The notes below the pieces were generated by a model. The model was given only the letters and a program-made list of their open reading frames with translations, was not told where the DNA came from and did no database searches. Made by a program: the position numbers and the translations under genes. Shown here piece by piece: positions 62,934 to 64,000 of a stretch of DNA of 64,000 nt. Source of the stretch: an uncultured Methanosarcinaceae archaeon (GTDB lineage Archaea; Halobacteriota; Methanosarcinia; Methanosarcinales; Methanosarcinaceae); contig CAVRJG010000051.1 of assembly GCA_963721455.1 (NCBI GenBank), positions 1 through 64,000 on the forward strand. Direction: 5' to 3'. Positions within the stretch are counted from its first letter, which is position 1. Each line of letters begins with the position of its first letter.

Positions 62934-64000
62934 ATGACATCCACAAGGCTCAAGCGTGTAGAAGAATCCGCAACGATCAGGATCTCCAACATTGCAACCA
63001 GAATGATTAAAGAGGGTACAGACGTTATCAATTTCAGCCTTGGTGAACCTGATTTTAATACCCCGAAAAATATCTGCGACGCGGCGGCAAAGGCCATGTA
63101 TGAGGGAAAAACCCACTATGCCCCTTCCGGAGGCGTTCCGGAATTAAGGGCAGCCATTGCCGAAAAATTAAGAACGGAAAACAATCTCGATGTGACTGAT
63201 TCAGGCGTGCTGGTAACTCCGGGGGCAAAGCAGGGAATTTTTGAGATAATGATGGGTGTCCTCGATGATGGGGACCAGGCTATTCTGTTTGACCCTTCAT
63301 GGGTAACTTATGACGCATGCATCCGGTTTGCAGGAGCAGATACTGTCTGGGTTCCAACAGTGCCTGAAAAAGGTTTCCTGCCTGACAATTTTGCAGATTA
63401 CATAAACGATAAAACAAAACTCATTGTTGTAAATAGTCCGGGAAACCCTACAGGTGGGGTATTCGGAAAAAAGACTTTGCAATGTATTGCCGATCTTGCG
63501 ATTGACCACGACCTTACAGTCGTCTCAGATGAAATCTATGAGAAAATTATCTATGACAGGGAGCATATCAGCATCGGCAGTTTTGACGGGATGCAGGAAA
63601 GAACCATTACTGTAAATGGCTTTTCCAAGGCATACGCCATGACAGGCTGGAGACTCGGCTACCTGACTGCTCCTCCTGAAATCTTCAAGCTTCTACTTAA
63701 GATTCAGTCCCATTCAGTAAGCAGTGCGACTACATTTGTTCAGTACGGCGGGCTTGAAGCCCTTCAGGGCCCTCAGGATGGCGTTAAAGCAATGGTGGAC
63801 CGTTTCAAGGTACGGCGCGATGTCCTCATCGATGGCCTTAACAAAATGGGCATCGAATGCAAAAAACCAGATGGAGCTTTTTATGCCTTTGCTAATGTCA
63901 GTGAGTATGGAAATGGCACGGAGGTTGCAGAAAGGCTCCTGAAAGAAGCTCAGGTAGCAGTTACGCCTGGAATCGCTTTTGGTGCGTCTGGCGAGGATTT
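62934..64000 (+). CDS. Class I/II PLP-dependent (aspartate) aminotransferase, truncated by the window end
   Basis: Not in the ORF track. MTSTRLKRVEESATIRIS...FSLGEPDF, NSPGNPTG, SDEIYE and GFSKAYAMTGWRLG motifs. Confidence 0.92.
   Translation, partial: MTSTRLKRVEESATIRISNIATRMIKEGTDVINFSLGEPDFNTPKNICDAAAKAMYEGKTHYAPSGGVPELRAAIAEKLRTENNLDVTDSGVLVTPGAKQGIFEIMMGVLDDGDQAILFDPSWVTYDACIRFAGADTVWVPTVPEKGFLPDNFADYINDKTKLIVVNSPGNPTGGVFGKKTLQCIADLAIDHDLTVVSDEIYEKIIYDREHISIGSFDGMQERTITVNGFSKAYAMTGWRLGYLTAPPEIFKLLLKIQSHSVSSATTFVQYGGLEALQGPQDGVKAMVDRFKVRRDVLIDGLNKMGIECKKPDGAFYAFANVSEYGNGTEVAERLLKEAQVAVTPGIAFGASGED

Overview
Chromosomal window from a Methanosarcina-type methanogenic archaeon, as indicated by mtxXAH, fae, aglB, archaeal ribC, PGF-pre-PGF/PKD, DUF1699 and sarcinarray-like genes. 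The first ~14.7 kb is an AT-rich, IS-scarred surface-glycan locus: a minus-strand operon (GT4 - wzm - wzt - repeat-bearing methyltransferase - two-domain GT4 - GT4) lying divergent from aglB. Its order parallels bacterial wzm-wzt-wbdD-wbdA 'capped, ruler-measured' glycan systems. The rest is mostly housekeeping: nnr, moaC, prs, mre11-rad50, ilvD, mtxXAH, rfcL, tRNA-Val, cdc48, ribC/ribH and aminotransferases. Features missed by the ORF track include a 144-bp MITE with 18-bp TIRs and a 10-bp target duplication, two other dispersed repeat families, and three related promoter-bearing stem-loop sRNA candidates. Also missed are a heavily frameshifted sarcinarray-type gene, an ATT-start wHTH gene, several frameshifted genes and an (ATTT)21 microsatellite. 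All calls come from visual inspection and recalled motifs; no searches were run.
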